From assembly GCA_964016885.1 (NCBI GenBank), contig OZ024749.1:6634001-6698000 (forward strand): a DNA stretch of 64,000 bases, written 5' to 3'. Positions 1 to 14,107 of this stretch are shown here, piece by piece; within the stretch, counting starts at the first letter, position 1, and each line of letters begins with the position of its first letter. Source of the stretch: Eledone cirrhosa. Lineage: Eukaryota. Below the pieces are notes generated by a model. It was not told where the DNA came from. It made no database searches and saw only the letters and a list, made by a program, of their open reading frames with translations. The translations under genes were made by a program, and so were the position numbers.

Positions 1-886
1 GAGACACAATAACTTGTGTCAACTAGTATTTCTGGAATTTCTGGTTTTCTAAACTGGAGACACACGACAAATCATGTCAACTCGTATCTTTAATATAAAA
101 TAAAATAATTGTTTTCTAAATTAAAGGTGAGTAGTTTATAATACTTAAAATCTGGGTTCAGTTTTCCCAGCAAGAATTACACAATAAAGCCATTTAATTA
201 GAATTATTTTAATTCAATGTAATAGAATAAACTAATTTTAATTAAAATACTATTTTTGCTGCGAGTTTCAAACCAATTTTCGTTTTTAAAATAGCAACAA
301 CAACAAAATATAAAAAAGTAAGAAAAAAATAAACCTAAATTCCCTTTAACAAATATTTTAAAATTTGTAAGAAAGATTTTGAGGGGAAAATAGATATTTG
401 TGAAAATTGATAACTCTGAAAAAAATAAACATGCAATTTAATGATCCTTTAAAGTTAAAATTTGACATTTTTTTAATCAATGCATGGTAACTTAAGACCA
501 ATGAAGCAACTGATTGCAAGTTAGCAAGCCAATTTAAATTTTAAAAAAATATATTACAACCTTTAATTTCAGATAGAATTGCAAAAGCAGTTGTGACAAT
601 TTATGTAACTGAGTTGCAATGGAATTTGGTTGTTGACAAAGAGTGTGTTTAAGTGTGACAAAAAAACTTTGACACAATAAAATATATGAGAAGGGAATTA
701 AATATTTCTTCAAAATAATGTAGAAAATGCAGCAAATCTTATTTTAGAATATACTTCTGTTGTTTCAGATATTATATTAGTGTTCATCTGATTGGCATTA
801 TCAAGCACAAATTGATACATATATACACACAGTTTAGACCCTTATAATTTCTTTCCCTTGAAACATATATATATATATATATGTTT

Positions 887-1046
887 CAATGGACACACTG
901 GAAGAGGAAGACCAAGGTTAACGTATGTTGATGCCCTAAGGACAGACACTGGTCTGTTGGAGATGCAGGACATAGCAACAATAATGAGGGACAGAGACCG
1001 TTGGAGAGAACTCGTCCATGGACCTTGGAAATTTTACCCGCCCTAG
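887..1046 (+). mobile_element. 3' fragment of RTE-type LINE ORF2
   Basis: Translates GRGRPRLTYVD...DRDRWR, the typical RTE C-terminal GRP..W/DR..W motif. Confidence 0.7.
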
Positions 1047-1064
1047 ATAGATATATATATATAT

Positions 1065-1645
1065 TGGACTGACAGCTGACGCCATCCCACTCCCTCAATT
1101 AAAAGAACTACTTCGACCTATGCTTGACCGCACTGATTCCGAGTGCTATGCATAATAACTTGATTAGTCGCGAGCAGCAGAGGACATGTTCCATTCCTCT
1201 CCGACAGATAACCCCCCCCTCGGAAAACTCCCAAGTTGATGGATGGGAATCCGAAATATAGGGACAATTAAATCACTCCCAAGGTAACTCTATCTCATGT
1301 TATTATTTTTATTTTTTACGCTCTTTCCTACGTTCCTCTACACACTATACATCTCATTCTACAGTCCCTTACATCTCTCTCTCCACCACCGGATCTTGTT
1401 ACCCGGAGAATTACCCATCTGCATTGTTGAGGCTTCCAAAACGACCAAAAGATAATAAATCTTATTATTCCACAATGCTTCAAGCAAACTTCAATACTCT
1501 CATACATATATATATATTCTTTCTTCTGATGAAGGACTAGCGTCCAAACCGTTAACACCCTCTTCCTGCTATATCAAGCATTAACCTAATATATATCTTC
1601 CATATACTCTACCGATTGTGTTGTTATTTATGTTTACCTTTTACA
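1065..1645 (+). mobile_element. Degenerate Penelope-like terminal-repeat remnant with decayed hammerhead (1521-1558)
   Basis: 1237-1500 recurs at 61344-61607; CTGATGA-A-GGAC-TAGC-GTCC-AAAC matches the motif at 4834 and 29877. Confidence 0.5.
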
Positions 1646-2579
1646 TATCATCATCATCAACGTTTAACGCCCATCTTCCATGCTTGCATGGGTTTCTATA
1701 TATATATATATACACACATATATACACTATATACACTAGGTCCAAACACAAAAGAACCAAACTCCCACTGTCACGTCTCTACCTCTCCGCCTCTCCTCAT
1801 CTCTCACTATTGTAAGCAAATGGGAGCTCAGGCGTTGGCTGCCCCCCAACAGTGGACTGGTTACCTTGCAGCCCCAGTGGACAGAATAAAGGTGTTTCTC
1901 TGGAGGATGGTCAGGGAGACATGCTGGAAGAACCATTCCAGCTCACGAGTGAATATAATATAGTTTTGGTGTCTTTTTAATCCTTTATTTCATAGTATCT
2001 ATGAGGAAACTCAATAATATATATTTTTTTTAAATAATTTTGAAAACAATCAACAATTTGGAGGGATTTATTAATAAAACTTTCTCATTATTTTGCTAGT
2101 GTTCGGAGGTTAACTTAACCTTTTTGAAACTGTCATTCCTTTACATTACTAAACTGTTTATATTAAAATGTTGATATTTATCTAAAATCCATCCATCACA
2201 ATTTTATGCAAGAACCTTTACTAAGTTATACTCCAGGCACCAGATCAATATTGAGGATGTTAACTTCATCATTAAATTCATGTAAATTCTTGAATATCTT
2301 CAAAATTAATTGAAAATTAATAGCAGCGTCTCTTCATTAGAAATATGGTAACAAAAGGGTTAAACTTTCTGACAAGGAATTATGATGGAATATTTTTAGA
2401 TAAATGTAAACACTTTAAAATAAATCACTTAATATCACAGATCCAGTGTCAATTCTAGGTGGTATGTCTTCAATAGGGTTAAATGCATAAAACTATTTTT
2501 CAATGGTGAAATTTCTTCAGTTTGAATGGACAGACAACCATTAAGTCACTTGAAAAGCAACTTAAATTCCAAAATACAT

Positions 2580-2804
2580 TTAACCCTTTAGTATTTAAAC
2601 TGACTGTATCTGGCCATAATTCTCTCGCCTCTTTCTGTTCAAAACGGTTGTAACTGGCTGCTCATACTTATGTTAAGGTATTGTTCTCAAAATAAATATC
2701 AAAATCTCATAGATTCGATATTATGTGATATATTATGTAAGATAAAGCCTTTACCATAAAAATACAGTAGTATATATAGAGTAATGTAAGTGGTAAAGGG
2801 TTAA
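2580..2804 (+). mobile_element. TTAA-flanked (piggyBac-like) MITE, unexpanded copy
   Basis: TTAACCCTTTA...TAAAGGGTTAA termini; body recurs at 11677, 12744, 40981, 52746. Confidence 0.75.
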
Positions 2805-3959
2805 AGAAAAACTCATTTATTGGAATATTTAGTTTCACAAGATGCAATAAAACAGGAACATGAGACAAACTGGTAACATTTCATTCTGCAGAGCCATTCA
2901 ATACAGGTTAGTATAGATCTGGTTTACAAATGCATGCTTTCTACAGATAAGTGCTCTTCATATGACCAACCACTTTATAGAGAGTACTTGGTGCCTGTTA
3001 TTGTGTTACCAACACTAGCGAGGTTGTCGTATTATTGACACAACTGAAGAGTTCTCTCAGACTTTGATTTGGAATGGCTTCTATTGTACACTTCCTCTTC
3101 TTGTAATCCTAAACAGAATGAAACTAGAAACCTCACGATTGCCCTATATCAATATTTGTAGTAGTAGTAGTAGTTGTTGTTATTATAGTAGTAGTAATAA
3201 TAATTAAAATAATAATAATACTACTTAAACAATCAAACATTAAATAATTAAATACTTTTTTAAGACAATAAACTCAGTTATATTTTCTTTTTAATTATTA
3301 TTTTTTGACACTGAATTTTAAAGCAATTTCAACAAATCTATTTTCATAAAAAATAGATTAATTTCAAAATCTAAAACTTTATTTTCATTTCAATGTTTTT
3401 TTTCTTAAAAAAAAAAAGAAAAATATATATTTTTTGTTGTTATATATATATTTTTTTCAAAATATCACAAAACTTTTCATTTTTTTCTCAAAATAATTTC
3501 ATTTATTTTTTTCTTTCTTCCCCGAGATTAAAGAAGTTGTAGACACTGCTAATATAACATAATTGCCAAATTTAATTATCAAGCAGTCAAACACATCCTT
3601 ATTCGGTACATTAGTGTCAACACTTAATGCTACATCACATTAGACCTTATTAGTTTTATAAATTAATATATAAAACATTCAGCTGAGGCACCATAAACAC
3701 CATCATCGTCAACATCACCATCACCATCATTGTCATCTTCATCATCACCACCACCACCATAAACATCATCATCATCATCACAATCACCATCACCATAATC
3801 ATTGTATTATGTCTGTATTCCAGCCTGACATCAGTTGGATGGATTGTCACAGTTTGAAATGAGAAAGTTTGGTGAAGATCTCATCTTACACCAACAGTCC
3901 ATATATGGTATGGCTTCTATGACTGGATGCATTTCGTATCACCTGGTCAGAAACAATCC

Positions 3960-4170
3960 ATTCTTATATAGGCACAAGGCCAGCAATTCCGGGGGGTGGG
4001 TAATTCGATTAAATCGACCCCAGTGTATTACTGGTATCTTATTTTATCGACCCTGTAAGGATGAAAGGCAAAGTTAACCTCGGTGGGATTTGAACTCAGA
4101 CCGTAAAGGGCCGTAACTCTATGCTGCAAAGCATGGCATCCGACCCTCTACCGATACTGCCAATCCACCA
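3960..4170 (-). mobile_element. tRNA-derived SINE with Nin-like core
   Basis: Minus strand A-box TGGCAGTATCGG, B-box GAGTTCAAATCC, core GCCTTTCATCCTT..GGGTCGATAAAAT..GTACCAG; more than 10 copies in window. Confidence 0.8.
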
Positions 4171-4578
4171 CCCTAACATGGTCTCCGCCCCCTACCGATA
4201 CTGCCAATCCACCGCCCTAACATGGTGTCCGACCCTCTACCGATACTGCCAATCCACCACCCTAACATGGTGTCCGACCCTCCACCGATACTGCCAACCC
4301 ACCGCCCTAACATGGTGTCAGACCCTCTACCGATACTGCCAATCCACCGCCCTAACATGGTGTCCGACCCTCTACCGATACTGCCAATCCACCACCCTAA
4401 CATGGTGTCCAACCCTCTACCGATACTGCCAATCCACCACCCTAACATGGTGTCCGACCCTCCACCGATACTGCCAATCCTCCGCCCTAACATGGTGTCC
4501 GACCCTCTACCGATACTGCCAATCCACTGCCCTAACATGGTGTCCGACCCTCTACCGATACTGCCAATCCACCGCCCT
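4136..4578. repeat. 45-bp minisatellite derived from SINE 5' head (~10 units)
   Basis: Unit CCGACCCTCTACCGATACTGCCAATCCACCRCCCTAACATGGTGT repeats with 45-bp period. Confidence 0.95.
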
Positions 4579-4833
4579 ACTGGTCAGAAATAATGAGAAC
4601 AGATCCCAAAACTCTGAAGCTCACAGAACATGATGAAAAAGCAGCAAGTGTAAGGAAGTTGTGCTGGAAAAGACCCTTCCAACTCATGCAAGCCTGGGGA
4701 AATTGACATATAAAAGGGTCGGTGGCTGACTGATTAGGCATGTTTTTTTTTTCTCCCCAAATTTATTTTTCATTCTCTTTGTTCCTTCCTCTCATCACTC
4801 TTTACTTTCTATTTATTTTCTATTACTAACTCT

Positions 4834-4871
4834 GTCTTCTGAAGAAAGACTAGTGTCTGAAACGTTATGAC
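4834..4871 (+). ncRNA. Minimal type I hammerhead ribozyme motif (one helix I mismatch)
   Basis: GTCTT CTGAAGA A AGAC-TAGT-GTCT GAAAC GTT ATGAC. Confidence 0.6.
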
Positions 4872-4960
4872 TCTCTTCCTGCAATTTCAAGCATTAAACT
4901 AATATATTTATTCCATATAATGAGCCATTTGTTTTGTTATTGTTGTTATTTCTGTTTACC

Positions 4961-4996
<36 letters not shown>

Positions 4997-5059
4997 ACTT
5001 AAGTGTTGTTACATAACCCAGCGAAACTTAAGTACTTGTATCTAAATCTAAAATCTGTC

Positions 5060-5324
5060 TTAAGCCAGAAGGCTCATTTGGTCGGTGCTTATTCCGGTTT
5101 CATGGTGTGAAGTGACAGAGTACAAGACTCTCTCCTGGACTGGACGCCAGTTCATCGCAGGGTAAAACTCCCAGCTTTTATTGGTACTCATTTTCAGCTG
5201 AATATACTGGAGCATCATGAAATGAAGTGTTTTGTCCAAGAACACAACACGCAGCCCAGGAATTGAACCCACGACATTATGATCCTAAGTCCAACACCCT
5301 TACCACTAGGCCACATGCCTCCAC
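5060..5324 (-). mobile_element. tRNA-derived SINE, second family (Meta/MESC-like core)
   Basis: Minus strand TGGCCTAGTGG A-box, GGTTCAATTCC B-box, GTGTTCTTGGACAAAACACTT core; related copy at ~52305-52550. Confidence 0.75.
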
Positions 5325-5589
5325 AAGTACCTGTATATCAAATCACTTATTAACCTAAGTGCATTTCATTAATAAGAAACAAAATAATACATACATTGTG
5401 ATCTCATATCATTTATTTTCTCTAAAACTTATCAGAGATAAACAAATCAAGGAGTCCGATGGAATGGTGAATAAAAGAGTAAGATAATTACAGGAGATAT
5501 AATCACTGATACTTTATCACTCACGTATACTATTATTACATAACCATCGGATCATGCTCACCTCATTTCTTTCCAAACTAAGTAAATCC

Positions 5590-6432
5590 TTTATACAAAC
5601 CCAAGTCTCACTCCCATGTAGCATTACTGTTCACATCAAGTGTCATTCATACAGCCTGCTCCTCAGCCTGAAGGAGAGAAACTTTGTACCTAGTAGTGGT
5701 AGAAGCTCCCTGACATTTTATAAACTGATTCTTACTCTGTCCACAGTGCTTTGAGAACATTGACCCTACTGGTTATTTGGCCCTTCAAGTTGCAGTAGTG
5801 ATCAACTATTTCTCTCAAGCACTCTGAATATTTGATAGGGTATGTTTCCTGTGAGCTCCTCTTATTCACTGCTCCCATACATCGGTTAAATACAAAGCCT
5901 ACGTTCTTTGCTAGCCTGCCCGCAATCTCACCACATCTTTTGTGTACCCAAAGTTTACATTGTGTACATAAGATGAAATTTCTACCTACAACTTTCCTAC
6001 ATACTGAACAAGGTAATTTTTCTGAAGAAATCATAGCTCTGTTTTCCTTTTTACTTACAAAGAAATTGGTCTTTTCTAGGTTCACTGTGAGACTTTTTGC
6101 TTCCAGTTTTTCTTCCATGTCTAAAATTTCTTCTCAAATTTCCCCTATGAGGACTAGATCATCAGCATATAAGTGTTCCCATGGGCAGCCTGTTTTAAAC
6201 CCTCCTGTTATGGCCTGAACGACAATGCTAAACAAAAAAGGGCAAAGAACAAAACAAAGCCCTGGCAGAACTCCACTAAATTCTTCATTATATTGATTGT
6301 TGAGTCTAAGCTTACTGAATGCACCTTTGTACATCGCCTGTACAAGCCATTCCTCTAATCCACTAACCTTAGTTTCCTAAGATCCCACCAGATTATGGAG
6401 CCGAGAACCCTGTCAAAAGCTATTTTTTCAGG
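5590..6432 (-). mobile_element. Decayed RTE-type LINE RT fragment with Cys/His finger
   Basis: LYADDLVL, CSVC...CTQC..WVHKRC; homologous to 60399-61342. Confidence 0.85.
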
Positions 6433-6444
6433 ATCAACAAAGTG

Positions 6445-6482
<38 letters not shown>

Positions 6483-6547
6483 CATTTTGTTGATGTTGAA
6501 AAAATTAAAATATATATGTATGTGTGTGTAAATATATATATATACAC

Positions 6548-6593
<46 letters not shown>

Positions 6594-7024
6594 TTAAGAA
6601 AATATTTATAAATGCATATACACACACATGCACACTGGCGCATGCATAAAGATGCATATTTAGCAAATGTTGCTCTAGTCAGCAGTCTGTTGCACTCGAT
6701 CAATATATACTGGCATAGTGTATGTTTTGTCTTCTTTGACAACACCACAGCTGTATCATATAGCAAACATGATGCAGCAGAAAACACATGAAATAGAAAA
6801 GAGTAAATAACAGAGAAGCTAAAGCTGCCCTGAGGACACAATGTTCAGTTAGAAAATATCTGCTATTTCAGTCAAAATACAAAGCATATTTGATGAACAA
6901 CTGGAAGTAAATGTCAACAAGGTAGTAACACCATCGTATGTGGCATATTAATACAGGTGGAACAATTTAAAGTGCAATAAACGCTAACTAAATTATTGCA
7001 TGTACCAGGATATTTGATATTTTA

Positions 7025-7740
7025 AAAAGTATTTTATAAATAAATCATCATCAGCATCGCTTTACGTCCACTCTTCCATGCTAGCATGAGTTAGACGGGT
7101 TGTCTTGTTGTGGGATTGGTCAGGTTAGGTGACGGGAATTGATTTCTACAGCTGGATGCCCTTCCTAACACCAACCTCATTTACAGTGAGTGCTGGGTAC
7201 CTTTTTACTGTGGCGCCTACATGGCCACTTTACAGTATGGGCTGGGTACCTTTTTACTGTGGCACCTACATGGCCACTTTACAGTGTGGGCTGGGTACCT
7301 TTTTACTGTGGCACCTACATGGCCACTTTACAGTGTGGGCTGGGTATTTTTTTACTGTGGCACCTACATGGCCACTTTACAGTGTGGGCTGGGTACTTTT
7401 TTCCTGTGGCACCTACATGGCCACTTTACAGTGTGGGCTGGGTGCTTTTTTACTGTGGCGCCTACATGGCCACTTTACAGTGTGGGCTGGGTACTTTTTT
7501 ACCGTGGCGCCTACATGGCCACTTTACAGTGTGGGCTGGGTACTTTTTTACCGTGGCACCTACACGGCCACTTTTCAGTATGGGCTGGGTGCTTTTTTGT
7601 CGTGACGCTTCCACGACCACTTTACAGTGGGAGGGCATATTGTCTATATGCTTCAGCTTTGGCTTGTACCCATGGGAAGTCAGGTCTTCTGTATTACTGT
7701 GTGACGCCAGAGGTCACGGTCCTGTGCCATCGCCTTTGAG
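7025..7740 (-). mobile_element. RTE-related 3' UTR with internal 49-bp tandem array (~7185-7590)
   Basis: CTACAGCTGGATGCCCTTCCTAACACCAAC shared with RTE 3' UTR; (CAT)n tail; 49-bp period. Confidence 0.75.
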
Positions 7741-8331
7741 AGGTGCAATTGGGCAAAGTCAGCTTTTATATATATATATATATCATATGATTTATTGATT
7801 TATTGATATTTTATCTGAGTGACCCGAATCTTCTTGGTCGTAATTTTTCGGCTGCACGGGTGATTTTAGACATAATCTTTGTGTGTTGGTATCTTAACGA
7901 TAGTTATAGCTCTGATTTATCTGAATTATTGAGCCCTCTGCCACTCATGTCGGATTTTGTTTATCGTAAATTCGTGAGCTGATTTTTCGATACTCGATTA
8001 TTCTATTATATATATATATATTATATCATCATCATCATCATCTCTTAAAATCCATCTTCCATGCTAGCATGGGTTGGACGGTATATATATATATATACAG
8101 ACATATTTATATATGTGTATATATATGTAGAACATAGTGATATGTATAATATCTTCTATATGTGTGTTTGCTTCTCTGAATAAGGTGTCTTAAAGATATC
8201 TTTTCATTAAAATGTTATGTATATTCGTGATGAATTTTAATTGTGTATAATTAATATATATATATATATAAATGTAAGTATAGTATATTTGGCAATATAC
8301 CGTATGTTTAATTAAATACATTTTGAAGACC

Positions 8332-8887
8332 TAGTGCAGGGCAATAAAGATAGACAGTAGCCACGGAATAGGCAGACCTAGAAAAACCTGGGACGAGCTG
8401 ATAAACTCCGACCTCACACACTTACACCTCTCCAAGACAATATCACTGGACCGAGACCTTTGGCGGTACTCAGTAACAGAGAAGACCCGCCTTACCTAAA
8501 TACATAGTAAAACCTACTACAGCCAGTAGGCATCTCTAACAAAATACACCCCGTCCCACCACCCCCACCCCATCCACACCACCCCCTTCTATGTAAAGTT
8601 ATGTTGGTGCCACGCCATCCAGGCCGAAACAAATGAGATCGTGTAGGTGTCACGACAAAAAACACACAGTCCACGCTGTAATGTGGCCGTGTAGCAACAC
8701 GGTAAAAACCTCCCAGACCCACACTGTAAATGTGGTTGGTGTTAGGAAGGGCATCCAACTGTAGAAAACCTGCCAGACAGTCCTATGCGAGCAAGACAAT
8801 CACTCTTGCATCAAGTGGGACTACCCCCGTCCAAACCCATGCAAGCGTGGAACACGGACGTTAAACGTTGATGATGATGATGATGAT
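8332..8887 (+). mobile_element. 5'-truncated RTE LINE (ORF end, 3' UTR, (GAT)n tail)
   Basis: KCRAIKIDSSHGIGRPRKTWDEL matches end of ORF 60399-61178; (GAT)n tail. Confidence 0.9.
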
Positions 8888-8949
8888 GTGCTATCATTTT
8901 TAAAGTAGTGACTATGTCACTTCTTTTTTCGGCAAAGGAAGGGAGAGAA

Positions 8950-8990
8950 GCTGACAGATTCTGTTTCACACTGTTGGTGATCTTCAGAGC
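8950..8990 (-). ncRNA. Type I hammerhead ribozyme
   Basis: Minus strand GCT CTGAAGA T CAC-CAACA-GTG T GAAA CAG-AAT-CTG TC AGC; GUC site; distal GGGAG/CTCCC extends helix I past an internal loop. Confidence 0.8.
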
Positions 8991-9261
8991 AACGTACTCC
9001 CCACCTCTGCCAAAAATTATAGAGGCTGGATTCTTATAGAATTCCAGTAATAATCAGGAACTGATTATACAGAGCGATTGCCGGTCCAGCAAAAATTAAA
9101 AATTAGGATTGGTGCTCTGAAATAGCGATGTATACATGAATGTATGTATAGTATATTTGGCAATATACCGTATGTTTAGTTAAAAACATTTTGAAGACCT
9201 TGCGCTATCATCCTTAAAGTAGTGACTATGTCACTTACTTCTTTTTTCGGCAAAGGAAGCT

Positions 9262-10760
9262 TCAATGGGGGCTTCAATGTATCCATGCCCAGAGAAGCAA
9301 GATGCTCAGAGTATGGTAGGTGCCTGATGGAGGGTATTTGCTTGGTTGCATGTCTCTGAACAGTTTCCAGGAGGTCAATGCTGTGAGCAAGATAGTGGTT
9401 CCAGACTGGTGATGCAAATTCTAAGTGTGGCCGCACCATAGCTATACAGCTTTAAATAGATAGTTGGAGAGCAGCTGACAAAGGTTTTGCTGAGTGATGC
9501 TAAGACACCCTTGGCCTTCTTGACAATTTTAGAGACATGCTTCGTCCAACGCAAATCGCTGCTGACAATAATGCCCAGGTCACATTCACAAGAGGACTTC
9601 TTGATATTAATGTTGTGGAGGGAGTATGCGGACGCTGGGTTTTTTCCTCCCAAAATGCTGCATGGTGATACACTTGTCTACGGCCCGCTTGAGTTGCCAG
9701 TCCATGATCCATTGCTGCATTGGCGATCAGGTTTGATTGCAGGAATGATCAATAGTGTTGAGGATCTGTCCTTTTTATCTCAAGGTACAGCTTGATGTCA
9801 TCTGCATATTTCAGTACTGTGGCATTCTTTAAGTTAGCATCTATGTCATTAATATATGCCACAAACAAAAGGGGACCCAGAACAGATTATTGCGGTACAC
9901 CAGACGACATCTCATGGAGTGAAGAATGCTGTTCTAGAACCGTGACTACCTCCTTTCGACTGAGAATGAAGGACCAGTTAAAAAGAGCATCTTTAACACC
10001 CATTGCAGAGAGTTTTGCCAGAAGTCTTTTGTGTCGCACAGAATTAAAAGCTTTAGCAAAGTCAAGTTAAACAACATCCACCGATGAGCCGCCATCAGTG
10101 ATCCGGGTGATGTCTACAAGAAACTCGATAAGTTGATCACAGCTGTAGTTAGGGATAAATCCAAATTGCGAGGGCCAGATAAGGCTGAAAGAATTCTAGA
10201 AGTTTCAGAGTGTTTCTCTGACACAGGATTCCATCAGTTAAGACTGACAGGACGATAGTTGACAGGTGATGTACAGTCACACTTTTTGAACAGAGGAATG
10301 ACACTGGCAGTTTTCCACTGCTCCAGAGTAGCACCGTCGTTAAGACAAAATTGGAAGAAGAGTGAAAACTGGTGCAGAAGAAAGTACCCACCACATGTAA
10401 GAAGCAGGTACGTAACACCATCAAGACCAGGAGAGGCATGGTTCCGTTTATTCTTAAGGTGATGTTGCAGCATTGCAGGTGTAAATTCTATAGTTATAGA
10501 ATTTGATGTCAGTGATGATGGAGATGGTACATTTTGGCTTTCAACAGTAAAAATGCCTGCATAGCATTCAGCAATGAGTTCTGTGCATTCTTTGGGATCG
10601 TCAGTAGTCTGGCTTGTGTGGGGATTGCGAAAAGGACCAACTGGAGAGTGAGGTCTCTGCTTTGAATGTACATATTTCCAGAACACCTTACTGTCAGAGT
10701 TGGTGGCTATGCACTTTTCAAATTCAAGCATTGCCCTTTTTTGTGACCTGCTTGATATAG
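9262..10760 (-). mobile_element. Decayed CR1-like LINE ORF2 (RT)
   Basis: SPGLDG, NYRPVSL, DFAKAF, GVPQ*SVLGPLLF, YADD, VRPHLEFASPVWN, with stops and frameshifts. Confidence 0.9.
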
Positions 10761-11230
10761 GTGTATATATACAAAGTGAGATAGTGAAAGAGTGGAATGA
10801 CATTAAGTGAGTCAGCAAACTTTTAAAGAAATATTTTTCAAACTATTTAAGCTAGAAAGTTTATTCAAAAAGCCAATATAATGAAGTAAATATTTCTCAT
10901 TGAGTCAAAGCTAAAAGTGTTTTGCTCAAGAATTATGAATTAGTTATGACAGCTCGGTGGAAAAAAAACTATAAGTGTGTGTGTGCGTGCATGCTTGTAC
11001 ATGTTATATATATATGTATGTATTTATGTAAGTTATACTTATACACACACACATATATATAAAGATATATGTATACATAGTGTGTGTGTATGTATATTTA
11101 TGTATGTATATATACACGTGTGTGTATGTATGTAAGTGTATAGATATATATATGCACTCACATGTATTATATATAAATATATTTATATGTGTATGTACAG
11201 TGTTTATGTATATATGTGTGTACATATACT

Positions 11231-11311
<81 letters not shown>

Positions 11312-11676
11312 ATGTAGGTGTATACATATAGATATATACACACATATATATCAAATATTTAGCAGATACAGCAAAGAGTATTTTCTCAGTCTATCAACAA
11401 GGAACTTTGAAAATAGAAAAATTTTAAATTTCTGTTCTTTATAACAAAAAGGACAAATAAAGTAGCTTGAATAATTTGACACTAGGATAATAATTAAATA
11501 TACATACATCGAAAATAATTAGACATATTATAAAAACTTAGCATTCCTGCCTAAGTACTTTGTGTCTCTAGTAAAAACACAATGCCACAGATGTAAGTCT
11601 TCACCCTTCATTACTGGAATTGTAACAAGTGGCTGCCATCAAAGGCTCAGACTTTAGAGAGATTAATTACTGGACC

Positions 11677-12043
11677 TTAACCCTTTAGCATTTAAACTGG
11701 CTATAACCAGCTGCTCATACTGATGTTAAGGTATTGTTCTCAAAATAGATAAGATAAAAATCTTGTAGATTCAATATTAGGTGAAATAAAGTATTCATAC
11801 CATGAAAATACAATAGTGTGTATAAAGTAATGTAAATCAGGCATGTCAAACATGTGGCCCTTTATAAGCACATCTGAGGCACGCACAAGGCTTTTACAGC
11901 GTGAGCATGTTTTATCTTCGTAAAATTAATTGTAATGTGAGTAATTAGTTGTCGTGTGTGGCCTCAGACAACACATATATCCCCCATGTGGCCCTCGGGG
12001 AACCCTCAGTTTGACATGCCTGATGTAAATGGTAATGGGTTAA
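11677..12043 (+). mobile_element. TTAA MITE copy hosting a nested hAT MITE
   Basis: TTAACCCTTTA...GGGTTAA, same body as 2580-2804. Confidence 0.7.
11838..12022. mobile_element. hAT-type MITE
   Basis: 14-bp perfect TIR CAGGCATGTCAAAC and 8-bp TSD ATGTAAAT. Confidence 0.9.
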
Positions 12044-12103
12044 ATGATCCCAGTTTTATACAGATTTCCATAAGTAACTTAAATATATAACAATTTCCTG
12101 TGA

Positions 12104-12448
12104 TCATCATCATCATCATTTCATTTTACGTTCGATTTTCCCTGCTTGCAAGGGTGGGACGGGAACTGATTCTGGCTTGATTTCTACAGCTGGATGCCCT
12201 TCCTAACACCAACCTCATTTACAGTGAGTAATGGGTGCTTTTTTGCCGTGGCACCTCCACGACCACTTTGCAGTAGAATGATAAGGACCCCAGTCCCTAT
12301 GATCTCATTTCTACAGCTGAGTAAACTGGAGCAATGTGAAATAAAGTGTCTTGCTCAAGGAAACAACACATCACCCGGTCTGAGAATTGAACTCACAACC
12401 TTTCGATTGCAAGGCCAATGCTCTAACCACTAAGCCATGTGCCTCCAT
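12104..12448 (-). mobile_element. SINE with tRNA head and RTE-derived tail
   Basis: Same element as 56258-56608 and 47557-47843. Confidence 0.85.
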
Positions 12449-12743
12449 GTGATAAGAACATAAATTGCTAAATGTCTTCACAGTGTAACAGTGTCGAAGA
12501 GATATTGAAAAAATTGATGAGGTTTAATGAGGTTTAAAAAGCCCAAGAAATGCTGTATGTCAAAGCCCTGCCCCTACAATTCTATCAGGAGTTACAAGAC
12601 CATACATACATACCCTATATATTATTTTATTTGGAAAAATTAGGCTGAAAAGTATGGCTAGCCTAGGGTGATGAAAAGTCAGTGATGGTCCTGCAGTTTT
12701 ATATACAATGGTTTTAGCAGGATTTATATATATAAACTGTTAT

Positions 12744-13241
12744 GTAACCATTTAGCATATGCATTACTCTATATTTACTATTGTATTTTCACAGTAAAGC
12801 CTTTACCTCACATAACATTTCCATTACTCTATATATACTATTGTATTTTCACAGTAAAGGCTTTACCTCACATAACATTTCCATTACTCTATATTTACTA
12901 TTGTATTTTCACAGTAAAGGCTTTACCTCACATAACATTTACATTACTCTATATATACTATTGTATTTTCACAGTAAAGGCTTTACCTCACATAACATTT
13001 CCATTACTCTATATTTACTATTGTATTTTCACAGTAAAGGCTTTACCTCACATAAATATTTACATTACTCTATATATACTATTGTATTTTCACATAATAT
13101 CGAATCTATGAGATTTCGATATTATCTATTTTGAGAACAATACATCAATGTTGTTATTAGCGACCAGTTACAGCCAATTTGAACAGAAAGAGGTGAGAGA
13201 GTCCTGGCTGGATATGACCGGTTTAAATACTAAAGGGTCAA
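12744..13241 (-). mobile_element. TTAA MITE with internal 60-bp tandem array (~5.5 units)
   Basis: Reverse complement of 2580-2804 body; exact 60-bp period at 12762-13092. Confidence 0.85.
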
Positions 13242-14107
13242 AACTGCTAAACTGCTGTTGTCTTGTATATCATTGTTTACCATTTCCAGGATTATATCTA
13301 AATAGCAAACAGTACATTAATCCTTTAGTTACTACATTTCTCAGGAAAGACACAGACTATAATTTTCAAAATATTTTTAGAATTAATAAAGTATTTGATG
13401 TGATTTCATAATATAACTAATTAATTCTTAACATCCTGTACCACATGGAACCACATTGTCAAGATGTTCTTGAAAAGTAAAAAACAAACCCGAATAGGGT
13501 TGGGGGACTCAGAGTAATACGAGGCCATGAGAGGGGGGGGGGCAGTGGCCCCGAAAGTTTGAGAACCTCTGTTCTAAACTATTATTTATAGCAATCAACC
13601 ATGTTTACTGTTAATTTCTGAGTTTAATATTTCTATATTTTCTAAGTACTTCAAACTTACCCAAATGCTCCGATATTTTTGAAACGTTTACATCCAAGCT
13701 GTTTGTTTACCTTTCTATTTAGACAAAACTTGTTTTTAAGGGTTGTTTAGCTCAATGGGTGGGAATACTCCACAAGGATTTGAGAGGTACATTTTATCTT
13801 TTTGTAGACGCTGCCGGTCAATTTATTTCTATGATAGTATTATATCTAATTTTCTAAACTATTATTTATTTCAATCAAATGTGTTAATAATTGTTTTCAG
13901 CATTTGGGATTTCTAGACTTTATAAATGAAAATATTTCAACCATTCTGTAACCATATTTCAAATGAATGACTATGTCTATCATTTTCAAAAATTTTTGAA
14001 AATGATCAAGAATTTGGTGGGATTTAATGAAATATTATGACTTTCTGGTGTTTGAAACTGAGCACTGTACACAATAATTTCATTATTATTATTATTTAAT
14101 ATAATTG

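Larger units (their letters stand above)
8277..9260 (-). mobile_element. ~310-bp direct-repeat unit (~1.3 copies) carrying a hammerhead, interrupted by an RTE 3' end
   Basis: 8277-8331 plus 8890-8941 is repeated at 9147-9259; HHR at 8950-8990. Confidence 0.7.
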
